DNA of 64,000 bases. It comes from Escherichia coli O127:H6 str. E2348/69 (GTDB lineage: Bacteria; Pseudomonadota; Gammaproteobacteria; Enterobacterales; Enterobacteriaceae). Shown piece by piece: positions 24,748 through 35,774 of this stretch. The DNA is taken from assembly GCF_000026545.1 (NCBI RefSeq), contig NC_011601.1. The stretch is one strand, 5' to 3'. The notes under the pieces were generated by a model. That model saw nothing but the letters and a program-made list of their open reading frames with translations, was not told the origin of the DNA and did not search any database. The first letter of the stretch is position 1. Every line of letters starts with the position of its first letter. A program made the position numbers and the translations under genes.

Positions 24748-25830
24748 ATGTCTAACGTGCAGGAGTGGCAACAGCTTGCCAACAAGGAATTGAGCCGTCG
24801 GGAGAAAACTGTCGACTCGCTGGTTCAGCAAACCGCGGAAGGGATCGCCATCAAGCCGCTGTATACCGAAGCCGATCTCGATAATCTGGAGGTGACAGGT
24901 ACCCTTCCTGGTTTGCCCCCCTACGTTCGTGGCCCGCGTGCTACTATGTATACCGCCCAACCGTGGACCATCCGTCAGTATGCTGGTTTTTCCACAGCAA
25001 ATGAGTCCAACGCTTTTTATCGCCGTAACCTGGCCGCCGGGCAAAAAGGTCTTTCCGTTGCGTTTGGCCTTGCCACCCACCGTGGCTACGACTCCGATAA
25101 CCCACGCGTGGCGGGCGACGTCGGCAAAGCGGGCGTCGCTATCGACACCGTGGAAGATATGAAAGTTCTGTTCGACCAGATCCCGCTGGATAAAATGTCG
25201 GTTTCGATGACCATGAATGGCGCAGTACTACCAGTACTGGCGTTTTATATCGTCGCCGCAGAAGAGCAAGGTGTTACACCCGATAAACTGACCGGCACCA
25301 TTCAAAACGATATCCTCAAAGAGTATCTTTGCCGCAACACCTATATTTACCCGCCAAAACCGTCAATGCGTATTATCGCAGACATCATCGCCTGGTGTTC
25401 CGGCAACATGCCGCGATTTAATACCATCAGTATCAGCGGTTACCATATGGGTGAAGCGGGTGCCAACTGCGTGCAGCAGGTAGCATTTACGCTCGCCGAT
25501 GGGATTGAGTACATCAAAGCAGCAATCTCCGCCGGGCTGAAAATTGATGACTTCGCCCCTCGCCTGTCGTTTTTCTTTGGCATTGGCATGGATCTGTTTA
25601 TGAACGTCGCCATGTTGCGTGCGGCACGTTATTTATGGAGCGAAGCGGTCAGTGGATTGGGCGCACAGGATCCGTATAACAACGTTATCCGCACCACCAT
25701 TGATCATTGTGCACATCCCATGTATCGGGATTATCTGCATCGCTATCTGGAAAATGCGCCTGGCGGACATATTCACCACGATCTTCAGCAATATGCTGAA
25801 GCATCGTGGCGGTATAACGATGATTTCTGA
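24748..25830 (+). pseudogene. scpA: methylmalonyl-CoA mutase (Sbm/ScpA), N-terminal fragment only
   Basis: N-terminal ~325 aa match mutase sequence (…[31 protein letters not shown]); the frame then departs from mutase sequence near 25702 and stops at 25830; the C-terminal B12-binding domain is absent. Confidence 0.75.
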
Positions 25831-26656
25831 TTGAATAAAGATATTCCTGCATATACATCGGCCTGTGCGGCGCATCAAAATATTTCAGCGTTGCCGGATT
25901 CACCAGTCGCCAGGCAAAATGCGGGATCACCGTCAGAAAATGTCCGCGCTCCACGGCGCTGATTTTGGCCATAAAACTGTAGGGACGATAAATAATGGTG
26001 GGATTGATCCCACAAGGTCGCATATTCGCATCAATCATTGCTTCGAAGTTGGCCCGGTTCTGAAAGCGCATTTGTAGCCAGGGTAGCTCCTGAAGCAACT
26101 CTTGCTCTTGTCGCTCTTCATAACGACGAGAAACGAGAAAGCCCAATCGCAGCGGCGGTAGTTCACTGATAGTCAGGTTTTCCAGTTCCTGAACTCGTGC
26201 AGATACATGCTGTGGGGAGATAATAAAATCTAACTGACGGTCAAAAAGATTATCGATAACGCCATTTGCGCTGAACTCAACTGGCTGGGCGGTCACGCCT
26301 TCGTACTTATCTCCGAGACTAATCAACTGATCAAAAATAATGGTCGGATAAGTATTATCTATGCCTATCACAATGTCTCGTGAACGACGTCCTGAGTTAT
26401 GGATTTCATTATCAATCGCAGAAAGTCGTTGATAAACCGGGAACAGTTTTTGATACAGTTCCTGTCCGGCTTTATTGAGGCTGATATTATTATCTTTGCG
26501 GGTAAATAGCGTATAGCCAATTTGTTCTTCCAGCGCGGCAATGCTTTTGCCAAATCGCGAAGCCGTCATATGGATTTTTTCTGCCGCCCGGGCAATATTA
26601 TTGGTTTGCGCTAATAAAATGAAATTGCGCATCTTTTTCGAAATAAAAATGTCCAT
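25685..26656 (-). CDS. ygfI: LysR-family transcriptional regulator (YgfI-like)
   Basis: 323-aa ORF with N-terminal HTH ([21 protein letters not shown]); its 3' end overlaps the truncated sbm ORF by 146 bp; start could be the second Met at 26632. Confidence 0.75.
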   Translation of the reverse strand: MDIFISKKMRNFILLAQTNNIARAAEKIHMTASRFGKSIAALEEQIGYTLFTRKDNNISLNKAGQELYQKLFPVYQRLSAIDNEIHNSGRRSRDIVIGIDNTYPTIIFDQLISLGDKYEGVTAQPVEFSANGVIDNLFDRQLDFIISPQHVSARVQELENLTISELPPLRLGFLVSRRYEERQEQELLQELPWLQMRFQNRANFEAMIDANMRPCGINPTIIYRPYSFMAKISAVERGHFLTVIPHFAWRLVNPATLKYFDAPHRPMYMQEYLYSIRNHRYTATMLQHIAEDRGEYVRQAHFPDSDADNPDTWDVHNDQWWCG

Positions 26657-26813
26657 CCCCCCTCTCCCGCATCCTTGTCCGCTTAACCGTTTCAGTCAGC
26701 CTATCCTTGATGAAACCGCGAGCAAAGATAGGTGATTACGTCATGGTTTTACAGAAAAAGGAGACAATATCGGGTAAAGACATTAGCCCGACGAATACGT
26801 CGGGCTACAAGTA

Positions 26814-27554
26814 TTAATGTGCAGCAGGTGTTTTAGCGGGGGGTTGATCCACAGGTTCTAACTGGAAGACTACATCGACCTGATCATCAAACTGAATAGC
26901 GGCCTGCTCGTAAGTTTCCTGTGCGGACACCGGTGCAGCATCAGCTTTCATCATCCGCACCATTGGGCTGGGCTGATAGTTGGAAACATGATAACGCACG
27001 CTATATACCGGCCCCAGTTTGCGATTAAAGCCATTCGCCAGTTCCTGCGCCTGATGAATCGCGTTATCAATCGCTGCCTTACGCGCTTTGTCTTTATAGG
27101 CATCCGGCTGCGCCACGCCCAGCGACACAGAACGAATTTCGTTAAGACCCGCCTTTAGCGCGCCGTCCAGCAAGGAATTCAGTTTATCTAACTGACGGAG
27201 CGTGACTTCCACCGTTCTCACTGCGCGGTAGCCTTTCAGGATACTTTTACCATCCTGATAATCATAATCTGGCTGAGTGCGTAAGTTCGCTGAGCTGATA
27301 TCTTTTTTCGCGATCTGATTGAGCTCAAGGAAGGAAATGTATTGTGCGACGCGCTCATCTGCCTGTTTCTTGGCAGTAGCGGCATCCTTCGCGGCCACGT
27401 TAACTTCAATCGCAAGAGTGGCAATGTCTGGCACCGCATCCACGCTTGCCGTACCGGAGGTGACAATATGCGGTCCATCCGGCAATTCGTTAGCCTGCGC
27501 TGCCATCCCGCTAATACCCATTAATGCCGCCAGGGCGATAACTTTGAACTTCAC
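26814..27554 (-). CDS. yggE: periplasmic SIMPL/DUF541 family protein YggE
   Basis: 246-aa ORF with signal peptide. Confidence 0.88.
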   Translation of the reverse strand: MKFKVIALAALMGISGMAAQANELPDGPHIVTSGTASVDAVPDIATLAIEVNVAAKDAATAKKQADERVAQYISFLELNQIAKKDISSANLRTQPDYDYQDGKSILKGYRAVRTVEVTLRQLDKLNSLLDGALKAGLNEIRSVSLGVAQPDAYKDKARKAAIDNAIHQAQELANGFNRKLGPVYSVRYHVSNYQPSPMVRMMKADAAPVSAQETYEQAAIQFDDQVDVVFQLEPVDQPPAKTPAAH

Positions 27555-27646
27555 GTTAGTCTCTCCGTGTTAATTGACTTGCCCAAAATTCAGGACCTCT
27601 GGAGGCAAGCTTAGCGCCTCTGTTTTATTTTTCCATCAGATAGCGC

Positions 27647-28282
27647 CTAACTGAACAAGGCTTGTGCATGAGCAATACCGTCTCTCGCCAGCTGCAAGGC
27701 AATAAACCACATAACACATCCCACTACCAGATTGATAATGCGCTGTGATTTTGCCGTGCGCAGGCGCGGTGCCAGCCAGGCTGCGAGAATAGCCAGACCA
27801 AAGAACCACAGGAAAGAGGCGCTAATTGTTCCGAGCGCAAACCAACGTTTTGGTTCCACATCAAGTTGCCCGCCAAGGCTGCCCAGCACAACAAAAGTAT
27901 CCAGGTAAACATGCGGATTCAGCCAGGTCACTGCCAACATGGTGGCGATAATTTTCCATCTGCCTTGTTTCAGAACTTCGGCACTGGCTAACTCAATGTT
28001 ACTGCTCATTGCTGTTTTAAAAGCGCCAAAACCATACCACAGCAAGAAGGCTACGCCGCCCCAGGTGACCAGCGCCAGCAACCACGGCGACTGCATCAAT
28101 AACGCGCTGCCACCAAAAATCCCCGCACAAATCAGGACCAAATCGCTGATAGCACAAAGTAAGGCAATCATAATGTGGTACTGACGACGAATGCCCTGAT
28201 TCATCACAAAAGCATTTTGTGGACCGAGCGGTAGGATCATAGCTGCGCCAAGTGCAAGACCTTGAAAGTAATAAGAAAACAC
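27647..28282 (-). CDS. argO: arginine exporter ArgO (LysE family)
   Basis: 211-aa multi-pass membrane protein; adjacent to mscS. Confidence 0.88.
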
Positions 28283-28420
28283 GTTGGATATTCCGAATTA
28301 AGTATCTGATGCAGAGACTATATCGCGGGATTGTTATTAGCGGAAATTGATAATATTAATTGGCAATCAGAAAAACTAATAAGAGAGAGGCCAGAGAGTA
28401 TTATCTGGCCTCAGCGTTGA

Positions 28421-29281
<861 letters not shown>

Positions 29282-29421
29282 TCAATATTCCTTTTCAACT
29301 GACTCAAAATGGAGAAATACACTCCGCCGCCTTATGACGGGCAGTCTGACAAGGGTAAACAATAAAGCATAATTTTGCCAAATAGATCACAGATTTCTCA
29401 TCTGTATCACCTTGCTTTTGG

Positions 29422-29448
29422 CGAAAAAAAGACCCGCAGAGCGGGCCT
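29422..29448 (-). terminator. rho-independent terminator of the epd-pgk-fbaA operon
   Basis: Minus-strand GGCCCGCTCTGCGGGTC followed by TTTTTTT, downstream of the fbaA stop. Confidence 0.75.
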
Positions 29449-29471
29449 TGAGATAAGCAGAAAGGAATATC

Positions 29472-30551
29472 TTACAGAACGTCGATCGCGTTCAGTTCCT
29501 GGAATGCTTTTTCCAGACGAGCGATCATCGAAGTCTGACCGGCACGCAGCCATACGCGCGGATCGTAGTATTTCTTGTTCGGCTGATCTTCGCCTTTCGG
29601 GTTGCCCAGCTGGCCTTGCAGGTAAGCTTCGTTTTCTTTGTAGTAGTTCAGAACACCTTCCCAGGTTGCCCATTGGGTATCGGTATCGATGTTCATTTTC
29701 ACTACGCCGTAGCTTACGGAGTCTTTGATTTCCTGAGCAGTAGAACCGGAACCACCGTGGAATACGAAGTTCAGGCTGTTGTGCGGCAGGTTGTGTTTCT
29801 TAGAAACATATTCCTGAGAGTCGCGCAGGATGGTCGGAGTCAGAACCACGTTACCCGGCTTGTAAACACCGTGTACGTTACCGAAGGAGGCAGCGATGGT
29901 GAAACGCGGGCTGATTTTGCTCAGCTCGGTATACGCATAATCAACGTCTTCCGGCTGGGTGTACAGTGCAGAAGCGTCCATGTGGCTGTTGTCCACGCCG
30001 TCTTCTTCACCACCGGTGCAACCCAGTTCGATTTCCAGAGTCATGCCGATTTTGGACATGCGCTCCAGGTATTTAGAGCAGATTTCAATGTTCTCTTGCA
30101 GAGATTCTTCAGACAGGTCAATCATGTGAGAAGAGAACAGCGGCTTACCGGTAGCAGCGAAGTGTTTTTCACCCGCGTCCAGCAGACCGTCGATCCACGG
30201 CAGCAGTTTTTTCGCGCAGTGGTCAGTATGCAGGATCACCGGAACACCGTAGTGTTCAGCCATCTGGTGAACGTGATGCGCACCAGAGATCGCACCCAGG
30301 ATAGCAGCGCCCTGCGGAACGTCAGATTTCACGCCTTTACCAGCGATAAAAGAAGCACCACCGTTGGAGAACTGAACGATAACCGGCGCTTTAACTTTAG
30401 CAGCGGTTTCCAGCACGGCGTTGATGGAGTCAGTACCGACGCAGTTTACTGCTGGCAGTGCGAAGTTGTTTTCTTTTGCTACCTGGAAAACTTTCTGTAC
30501 GTCATCACCAGTGATTACGCCAGGTTTTACGAAATCAAAAATCTTAGACAT
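29472..30551 (-). CDS. fbaA: fructose-bisphosphate aldolase class II
   Basis: Track ORF extended through ERIC; Met at 30551 (MSKIFDFVKPGV) gives 359 aa. Confidence 0.95.
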   Translation of the reverse strand: MSKIFDFVKPGVITGDDVQKVFQVAKENNFALPAVNCVGTDSINAVLETAAKVKAPVIVQFSNGGASFIAGKGVKSDVPQGAAILGAISGAHHVHQMAEHYGVPVILHTDHCAKKLLPWIDGLLDAGEKHFAATGKPLFSSHMIDLSEESLQENIEICSKYLERMSKIGMTLEIELGCTGGEEDGVDNSHMDASALYTQPEDVDYAYTELSKISPRFTIAASFGNVHGVYKPGNVVLTPTILRDSQEYVSKKHNLPHNSLNFVFHGGSGSTAQEIKDSVSYGVVKMNIDTDTQWATWEGVLNYYKENEAYLQGQLGNPKGEDQPNKKYYDPRVWLRAGQTSMIARLEKAFQELNAIDVL

Positions 30552-30577
30552 GTCTCTTGTCCTGTATCGTCGGGCCT

Positions 30578-30702
30578 TATACTCGTCATACTTCAAGTTG
30601 CATGTGCTGCGTCTGCGTTCGCTCACCCCAGTCACTTACTTATGTAAGCTCATGGGATTCACTCTCTTGTCGCCTTCCTGCAACTCGAATTATTTAGAGT
30701 AT
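30578..30702. repeat. ERIC (IRU) element, canonical ~125 bp form
   Basis: Imperfect palindrome with core CCCCAGTCACTTACTTATGTAAGCTCATGGGATTCACTCTCTTGTCGCC; inverted relative to the copy at 22988-23265; lies 27 bp upstream of the fbaA start. Confidence 0.8.
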
Positions 30703-30764
30703 GAAAAAGTGCGTGCTTTAAAAGCGCGCTGCAACAAGGGCAGGTTTCCCTGCCCTGTGATTTT

Positions 30765-31928
30765 TTACTTCTTAGCGCGCTCTTCGAGCATCGCTACTGC
30801 AGGCAGTACTTTACCTTCCACGAATTCGAGGAATGCACCGCCGCCAGTGGAGATGTAGGAGATTTTGTCAGCAATGCCGAACAGGTCGATTGCTGCCAGA
30901 GTGTCGCCGCCGCCAGCGATGGAGAACGCTTCGCTGTCTGCGATAGCGTTAGCCACGATTTCAGTACCTTTGCGGAAGTTCGGGAATTCGAACACGCCAA
31001 CCGGACCGTTCCACAAAATGGTTTTCGCATTCTTCAGGATTTCAGCCAGTTCCTGAGCGGAAGCATCACCGATATCCAGGATCTGCTCGTCAGCTTTCAC
31101 ATCGTTAACAGATTTCAGGGTAGCCGGTGCAGTTTCAGAGAACTCAGTTGCTACACGAACATCAGACGGAACCGGGATGTTGCAGGTGGTCAGCAGACGT
31201 TTTGCTTCGTCAACCAGATCAGCTTCGTACAGGGATTTACCCACATCGTGGCCTTGTGCCGCGATAAAGGTGTTAGCGATACCACCACCAACAATCAGCT
31301 GGTCAGCGATTTTAGACAGGGAGTCCAGAACGGTCAGTTTGGTAGATACTTTAGAACCACCAACGATAGCCACCATCGGGCGAGCAGGTTCTTTCAGTGC
31401 TTTACCCAGCGCGTCCAGTTCAGCTGCCAGCAGCGGGCCTGCGCACGCAACGTCAGCGAATTTACCGATACCGTGAGTAGAAGCCTGCGCGCGGTGAGCA
31501 GTACCGAATGCGTCCATTACGAACACGTCACACAGTGCAGCGTATTTTTTGGACAGGGTTTCGTCGTCTTTCTTCTCGCCTTTGTTGAAGCGAACGTTTT
31601 CCAGAACAACCAGTTCACCTTCAGCAACGTCAACGCCGTCGAGGTAATCTTTAACCAGACGAACCGGGTTAGACAGTTTGTCTTTCAGGTAGTTAACAAC
31701 CGGCAGCAGAGAGAATTCTTCGTTGTACTCGCCTTCGGTAGGACGACCCAGGTGGGAAGTTACCATCACTTTTGCGCCTTGTTTCAGGGCAAGTTCGATG
31801 GTCGGCAGAGAAGCACGGATACGCGCGTCGCTGGTTACTTTCCCGTCTTTTACTGGTACGTTCAGATCCGCACGGATAAATACACGTTTCCCAGCAAGAT
31901 CCAGATCGGTCATCTTAATTACAGACAT
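30765..31928 (-). CDS. pgk: phosphoglycerate kinase
   Basis: Met at 31928 ([10 protein letters not shown]) gives 387 aa. Confidence 0.95.
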
Positions 31929-31977
31929 GGTGAATCCTCTCGTTGATTCTAAAAGTTTTGCAGACGCTGCTTGCGTC

Positions 31978-32997
31978 TTACCTGAAAGCAACAGTAGCCA
32001 TAGCTAACGTCGTGTCGAGCATTCGGTTAGCAAAGCCCCATTCGTTATCGCACCAGACCAACGTTTTGATCAGGTGTGCGCCACTAACCCGGGTTTGGGT
32101 GCCATCGACAATGGCACTGTGCGGATCGTGGTTAAAATCTACAGAGACCAACGGCAATTCCGTATAGTCAACTATACCATGAAATGCACCTTGTGCTGCT
32201 TTTTGCAGCAACAGGTTGACTTCATTGGCTTTTACAGGTTTCTTCACCGTCACGCTTAAATCGATTGCCGTCACATTTATGGTTGGCACACGTACCGCAA
32301 TCGCTTCAAAGCGATCGTTAAATTGCGGAAAAAATCGTGTGATACCGGCGGCCAGTTTAGTATCGACCGGAATGATCGACTGGCTGGCTGCCCGGGTGCG
32401 ACGCAGGTCAGGATGGTATGCATCAATAACCTGTTGATCGTGCATGGCGGAGTGAATTGTGGTCACAGTGCCGGACTCAATACCGTACGCATCATCTAAC
32501 AATTTGATGACGGGAATTATGCAATTCGTGGTACAGGAAGCGTTAGAAACGATGCGGTGTTCCGCACGAAGTTGATCCTGATTGACGCCATAAACAACGG
32601 TCGTGTCGAGATCGTTACTGCCAGGATGTGAAAAGAGCACTTTTTTAGCCCCGGCGGCAATGTGTGCTTCACCATGCTCGCGGGAGCCATATACGCCGGT
32701 GCAGTCGAGGACTACATCAACGCCAAGTTCACGCCAGGGGAGCGATTGCAGTGAACGTTCATGCAATACACGGATGGCGTCATCACCAACAAAAAGTTGA
32801 TCGCGTTCCTGTCGTACTTCCCATGCAAAACGGCCATGGCTGGTGTCATATTTCAACAAATGCGCCATGCCCGCAGCATCCGCCAGTTCGTTGATTGCCA
32901 CCACGGTAATTTCCGCACGGCGTCCGGATTCATACAAAGCACGAACCACATTACGCCCGATGCGACCGAAGCCATTTATCGCTACGCGTACGGTCAT
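31978..32997 (-). CDS. epd: D-erythrose-4-phosphate dehydrogenase
   Basis: Met at 32997 ([15 protein letters not shown]) gives 339 aa; GAPDH-family catalytic Cys motif (SNASCTTN). Confidence 0.93.
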
Positions 32998-33368
32998 AGA
33001 TCTCCTGCAAGGTTTTCCCTGAGCAAATTTGCCAGACAGAGTAATCCAGCAAATCGTTCGGGGAAACCTTACCTGTCGCAAACTGCGACTGATTGGTTAA
33101 TTGTCGAACATTTAATCGACTGAAACGCTTCAGCTAGGATAAGCGAAACGTGGAATAAAAGGAATGATTGTCCAGTCAAAGAAGACAATTATCTGACTTA
33201 CGTCACGTTTTCAGCCCCGCCCCTGTGGAATTTATTCCACTTTGCAGAATCACGAATAAGCGTAGCAAAATCTTTTCGTTGTGCCGTCACAAACCCTGAC
33301 TTATATCAGAATATGACTGATGCAGCGTCGATATTATCCGCAATACGTCCGAGTTTCGGAGTACTCCA

Positions 33369-33800
33369 ATGATGACATTGCCCTACCCATATTCTTCCTC
33401 CGCACGTTTTTACGCGCTGCGCCTGCTCCCCGGGCAGGAAGTTCTCTCCCAATTACGCGCCTTCGCGCAGCAACAACAACTCCACGCCGCGTGGATTGCA
33501 GGTTGTACCGGCAGTCTGACTGACGTCGCCTTACGCTATGCCGGGCAAGAAAACACTGCCCTGCTAAGCGGTAAGTTCGAAGTCATCGCATTGAACGGCA
33601 CGCTGGAACAGAGTGGTGAACATCTTCATCTCTGCGTTTCCGATCCACACGGCACGATGCTTGGCGGTCATATGATGCCCGGCTGTACCGTGCGGACCAC
33701 GCTTGAACTGGTGATCGGCTGCCTGGAGGAACTGGCGTTTAGCCGCCAGCTTTGCGCGCTTTCTGGTTACGACGAGTTGCATATTTCCCCCGTTAAATAA
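33369..33800 (+). CDS. DUF296/PPC-domain protein, function unknown
   Basis: 143-aa ORF; PPC-fold pattern (…LSGKFEVIALNGTL…HLHLCVSDPHGTMLGGHM…); first gene of a plus-strand cluster divergent from epd. Confidence 0.7.
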   Translation: MMTLPYPYSSSARFYALRLLPGQEVLSQLRAFAQQQQLHAAWIAGCTGSLTDVALRYAGQENTALLSGKFEVIALNGTLEQSGEHLHLCVSDPHGTMLGGHMMPGCTVRTTLELVIGCLEELAFSRQLCALSGYDELHISPVK

Positions 33801-33822
33801 CTATTTTCAGAGAGGTTTTCTT

Positions 33823-34401
33823 ATGGCGCGTCGCCACTTTTCCAGTCAGGCACTGGTGTTGATCGTTATCTCTATCGCCATCAATATGATCGGCGGACAA
33901 CTGGCCAGCATGGTTAAATTACCTATTTTTCTCGACTCCATCGGCACACTTATTAGCGCGGTACTGCTTGGTCCGGTGATCGGGATGCTGACCGGTTTAC
34001 TGACCAATTTACTCTGGGGATTGCTGACCGACCCGATCGCCGCCGCATTTGCGCCCGTCGCGATGGTCATCGGCCTGGTCGCCGGTTGGCTGGCGCGAGC
34101 GGGTTGGTTTCGCACCCTGCCAAAAGTCGTTGTTAGCGGCGTGATTATTACGCTTGCGGTAACGGTCGTCGCTGTACCGCTGCGTACTGCGCTGTTCGGC
34201 GGCGTGACAGGAAGCGGAGCCGATTTGTTCGTTGCCTGGATGCACTCGATGGGGCAAAACCTGGTGGAGTCGGTGGCGATTACGGTGATAGGCGCGAACC
34301 TGGTCGATAAAATTCTCACAGCGGTGATTGTCTGGCTTTTACTGCGTCAGCTGCCGATTCGCACCACGCGCCATTTTCCGGCAATGGCTGCCGTGCGCTA
34401 A
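33823..34401 (+). CDS. ECF transporter substrate-specific (S) component, substrate unassigned
   Basis: 192-aa ORF, about six TM helices, small-residue-rich helices (ISAVLLGPVIGMLTGLLTNLLWGL); Shine-Dalgarno AGAGG upstream; stop abuts the next ATG. Confidence 0.7.
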   Translation: MARRHFSSQALVLIVISIAINMIGGQLASMVKLPIFLDSIGTLISAVLLGPVIGMLTGLLTNLLWGLLTDPIAAAFAPVAMVIGLVAGWLARAGWFRTLPKVVVSGVIITLAVTVVAVPLRTALFGGVTGSGADLFVAWMHSMGQNLVESVAITVIGANLVDKILTAVIVWLLLRQLPIRTTRHFPAMAAVR

Positions 34402-35109
34402 ATGCATCCGTTTACATCCTTAACGCTGTGGGCGCTGGCGGCCTGCACCACGCTTATCCTGCCCACACAGACAATATTGCCAGTCTATAGCGCGGCGACC
34501 TTTTTCTGCCTTATTGCGCTAAAGGCCACGCGGCGGCGGGCAAAATATGTCGTCTGGCTGATGTTCTCGCTGGGGGCTGGATTGTGGCTGGTGCACGGTG
34601 GCTGGCTGACAGAATGGCTAAGCGGCACGCCACGCTCTCCAGAACGGTGGGCGCATGCTATTACGCTCTGGTTGCGGATTCTGGCGATTGTTTCAACCTC
34701 ACAGTTGTGGATGCAGTACGTCCCCGTGCAACGTTTTATCCGCGCTTTGTTTGCTTCTCGCCTGCCGCCGGGCGTCGCTTATCTGTTTGCCGGGCCATTA
34801 TTGGTCGTTGAGCAGTTAAAACGGCAATTGGCGATTATTCATGAAGCGCAGCGCGCCCGCGGCGTGCCGCTGGATGAGGGCTGGTATCAGCGTTTACGTG
34901 CGATGCCCACGTTAATTATTCCGCTAACACACAATGCGCTAAACGATCTTGCTGTCCGTGGTGCGGCGCTGGATATGCGGGCATTTCGAATCAACAATAG
35001 GCGCACTACGTTATGGGCACCAGCCGATAGCACCCTACAACGCGTAGCACGTTACACCATGATATTGCTAATGCTGGCTGAATTCGGAGCGTGGATATGG
35101 TTACGTTAG
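34402..35109 (+). CDS. ECF transporter transmembrane (T) component, EcfT/CbiQ family
   Basis: 235-aa membrane protein with the coupling motif region (…AIIHEAQRARGVPLDEG…). Confidence 0.75.
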   Translation: MHPFTSLTLWALAACTTLILPTQTILPVYSAATFFCLIALKATRRRAKYVVWLMFSLGAGLWLVHGGWLTEWLSGTPRSPERWAHAITLWLRILAIVSTSQLWMQYVPVQRFIRALFASRLPPGVAYLFAGPLLVVEQLKRQLAIIHEAQRARGVPLDEGWYQRLRAMPTLIIPLTHNALNDLAVRGAALDMRAFRINNRRTTLWAPADSTLQRVARYTMILLMLAEFGAWIWLR

Positions 35110-35774
35110 AACAGTTTCGCTATTGCCCGACACACTCAACGCATCCTCCGTTCTGTTATGACTTTCACTATGTCAAACCGGGGATGGTCGCCATCTTTGG
35201 TGACAACGGCAGTGGCAAAAGTACGCTGGCGCAGCTGATGGCGGGCTGGTATCCGGACTTTCTACCAGGAGAGATAACCGGCACGGGGACGCTTCTCGGT
35301 ACGCCCATTGGGCGTCTCCCGCTTAATGAACAATCCGCCACCATCCAGCTCGTCCAGCAATCGCCCTATTTGCAGCTCTCCGGCTGTACCTTTAGCGTGG
35401 AAGAAGAAGTTGCCTTTGGGCCAGAAAATCTGTGTCTTGCTGAAAAAGAGATTATGGCGCGGATTGACGCCGCCCTGGCCCTGACCGAGTGCCAGCCGTT
35501 GCGCCATCGTCACCCGGCAACACTCTCCGGTGGAGAGACACAGCGTGTGGTCATCGCCTGCGCCATCGCGATGCAGCCAAAGCTCTTAATTCTTGATGAA
35601 GCCTTTAGCCGCCTGACGCCGAAGGCCAGCGAAATGCTGTTGCAGCGCTTACAACACTGGGCGCTTGAACGTGGTTCGCTGATTATTCTTTTTGAACGTC
35701 ATCACACACCTTTCCTGAACCACTGCCAGCAAGCGTGGCAATTGCAAAACGGAGCGCTCCAGCCACTATGTTAA
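35091..35774 (+). CDS. ECF transporter ATPase component (EcfA-like ABC ATPase)
   Basis: Walker A GDNGSGKST, ABC signature LSGGETQR, Walker B LLILDEA; GTG at 35091 or ATG at 35097. Confidence 0.8.
   Translation: MDMVTLEQFRYCPTHSTHPPFCYDFHYVKPGMVAIFGDNGSGKSTLAQLMAGWYPDFLPGEITGTGTLLGTPIGRLPLNEQSATIQLVQQSPYLQLSGCTFSVEEEVAFGPENLCLAEKEIMARIDAALALTECQPLRHRHPATLSGGETQRVVIACAIAMQPKLLILDEAFSRLTPKASEMLLQRLQHWALERGSLIILFERHHTPFLNHCQQAWQLQNGALQPLC

Noticed and set aside
25669-25706. GGATCC and TGATCA sites (compatible GATC overhangs) near the sbm truncation junction, suggesting an engineered deletion
   Set aside because: The GGATCC lies inside a conserved Gln-Asp-Pro codon triplet of the mutase; two 6-bp sites are expected by chance and there is no vector or scar sequence.
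29616-30647. 343-aa plus-strand ORF
   Set aside because: Antisense to fbaA, and its 3' part runs through the ERIC repeat; no motifs.
33082-33368. Possible riboswitch (TPP, FMN, cobalamin or similar) in the leader of the ECF operon
   Set aside because: I could not find the conserved core motifs of the common riboswitch classes by eye; this needs a covariance-model scan and cannot be claimed from reading.
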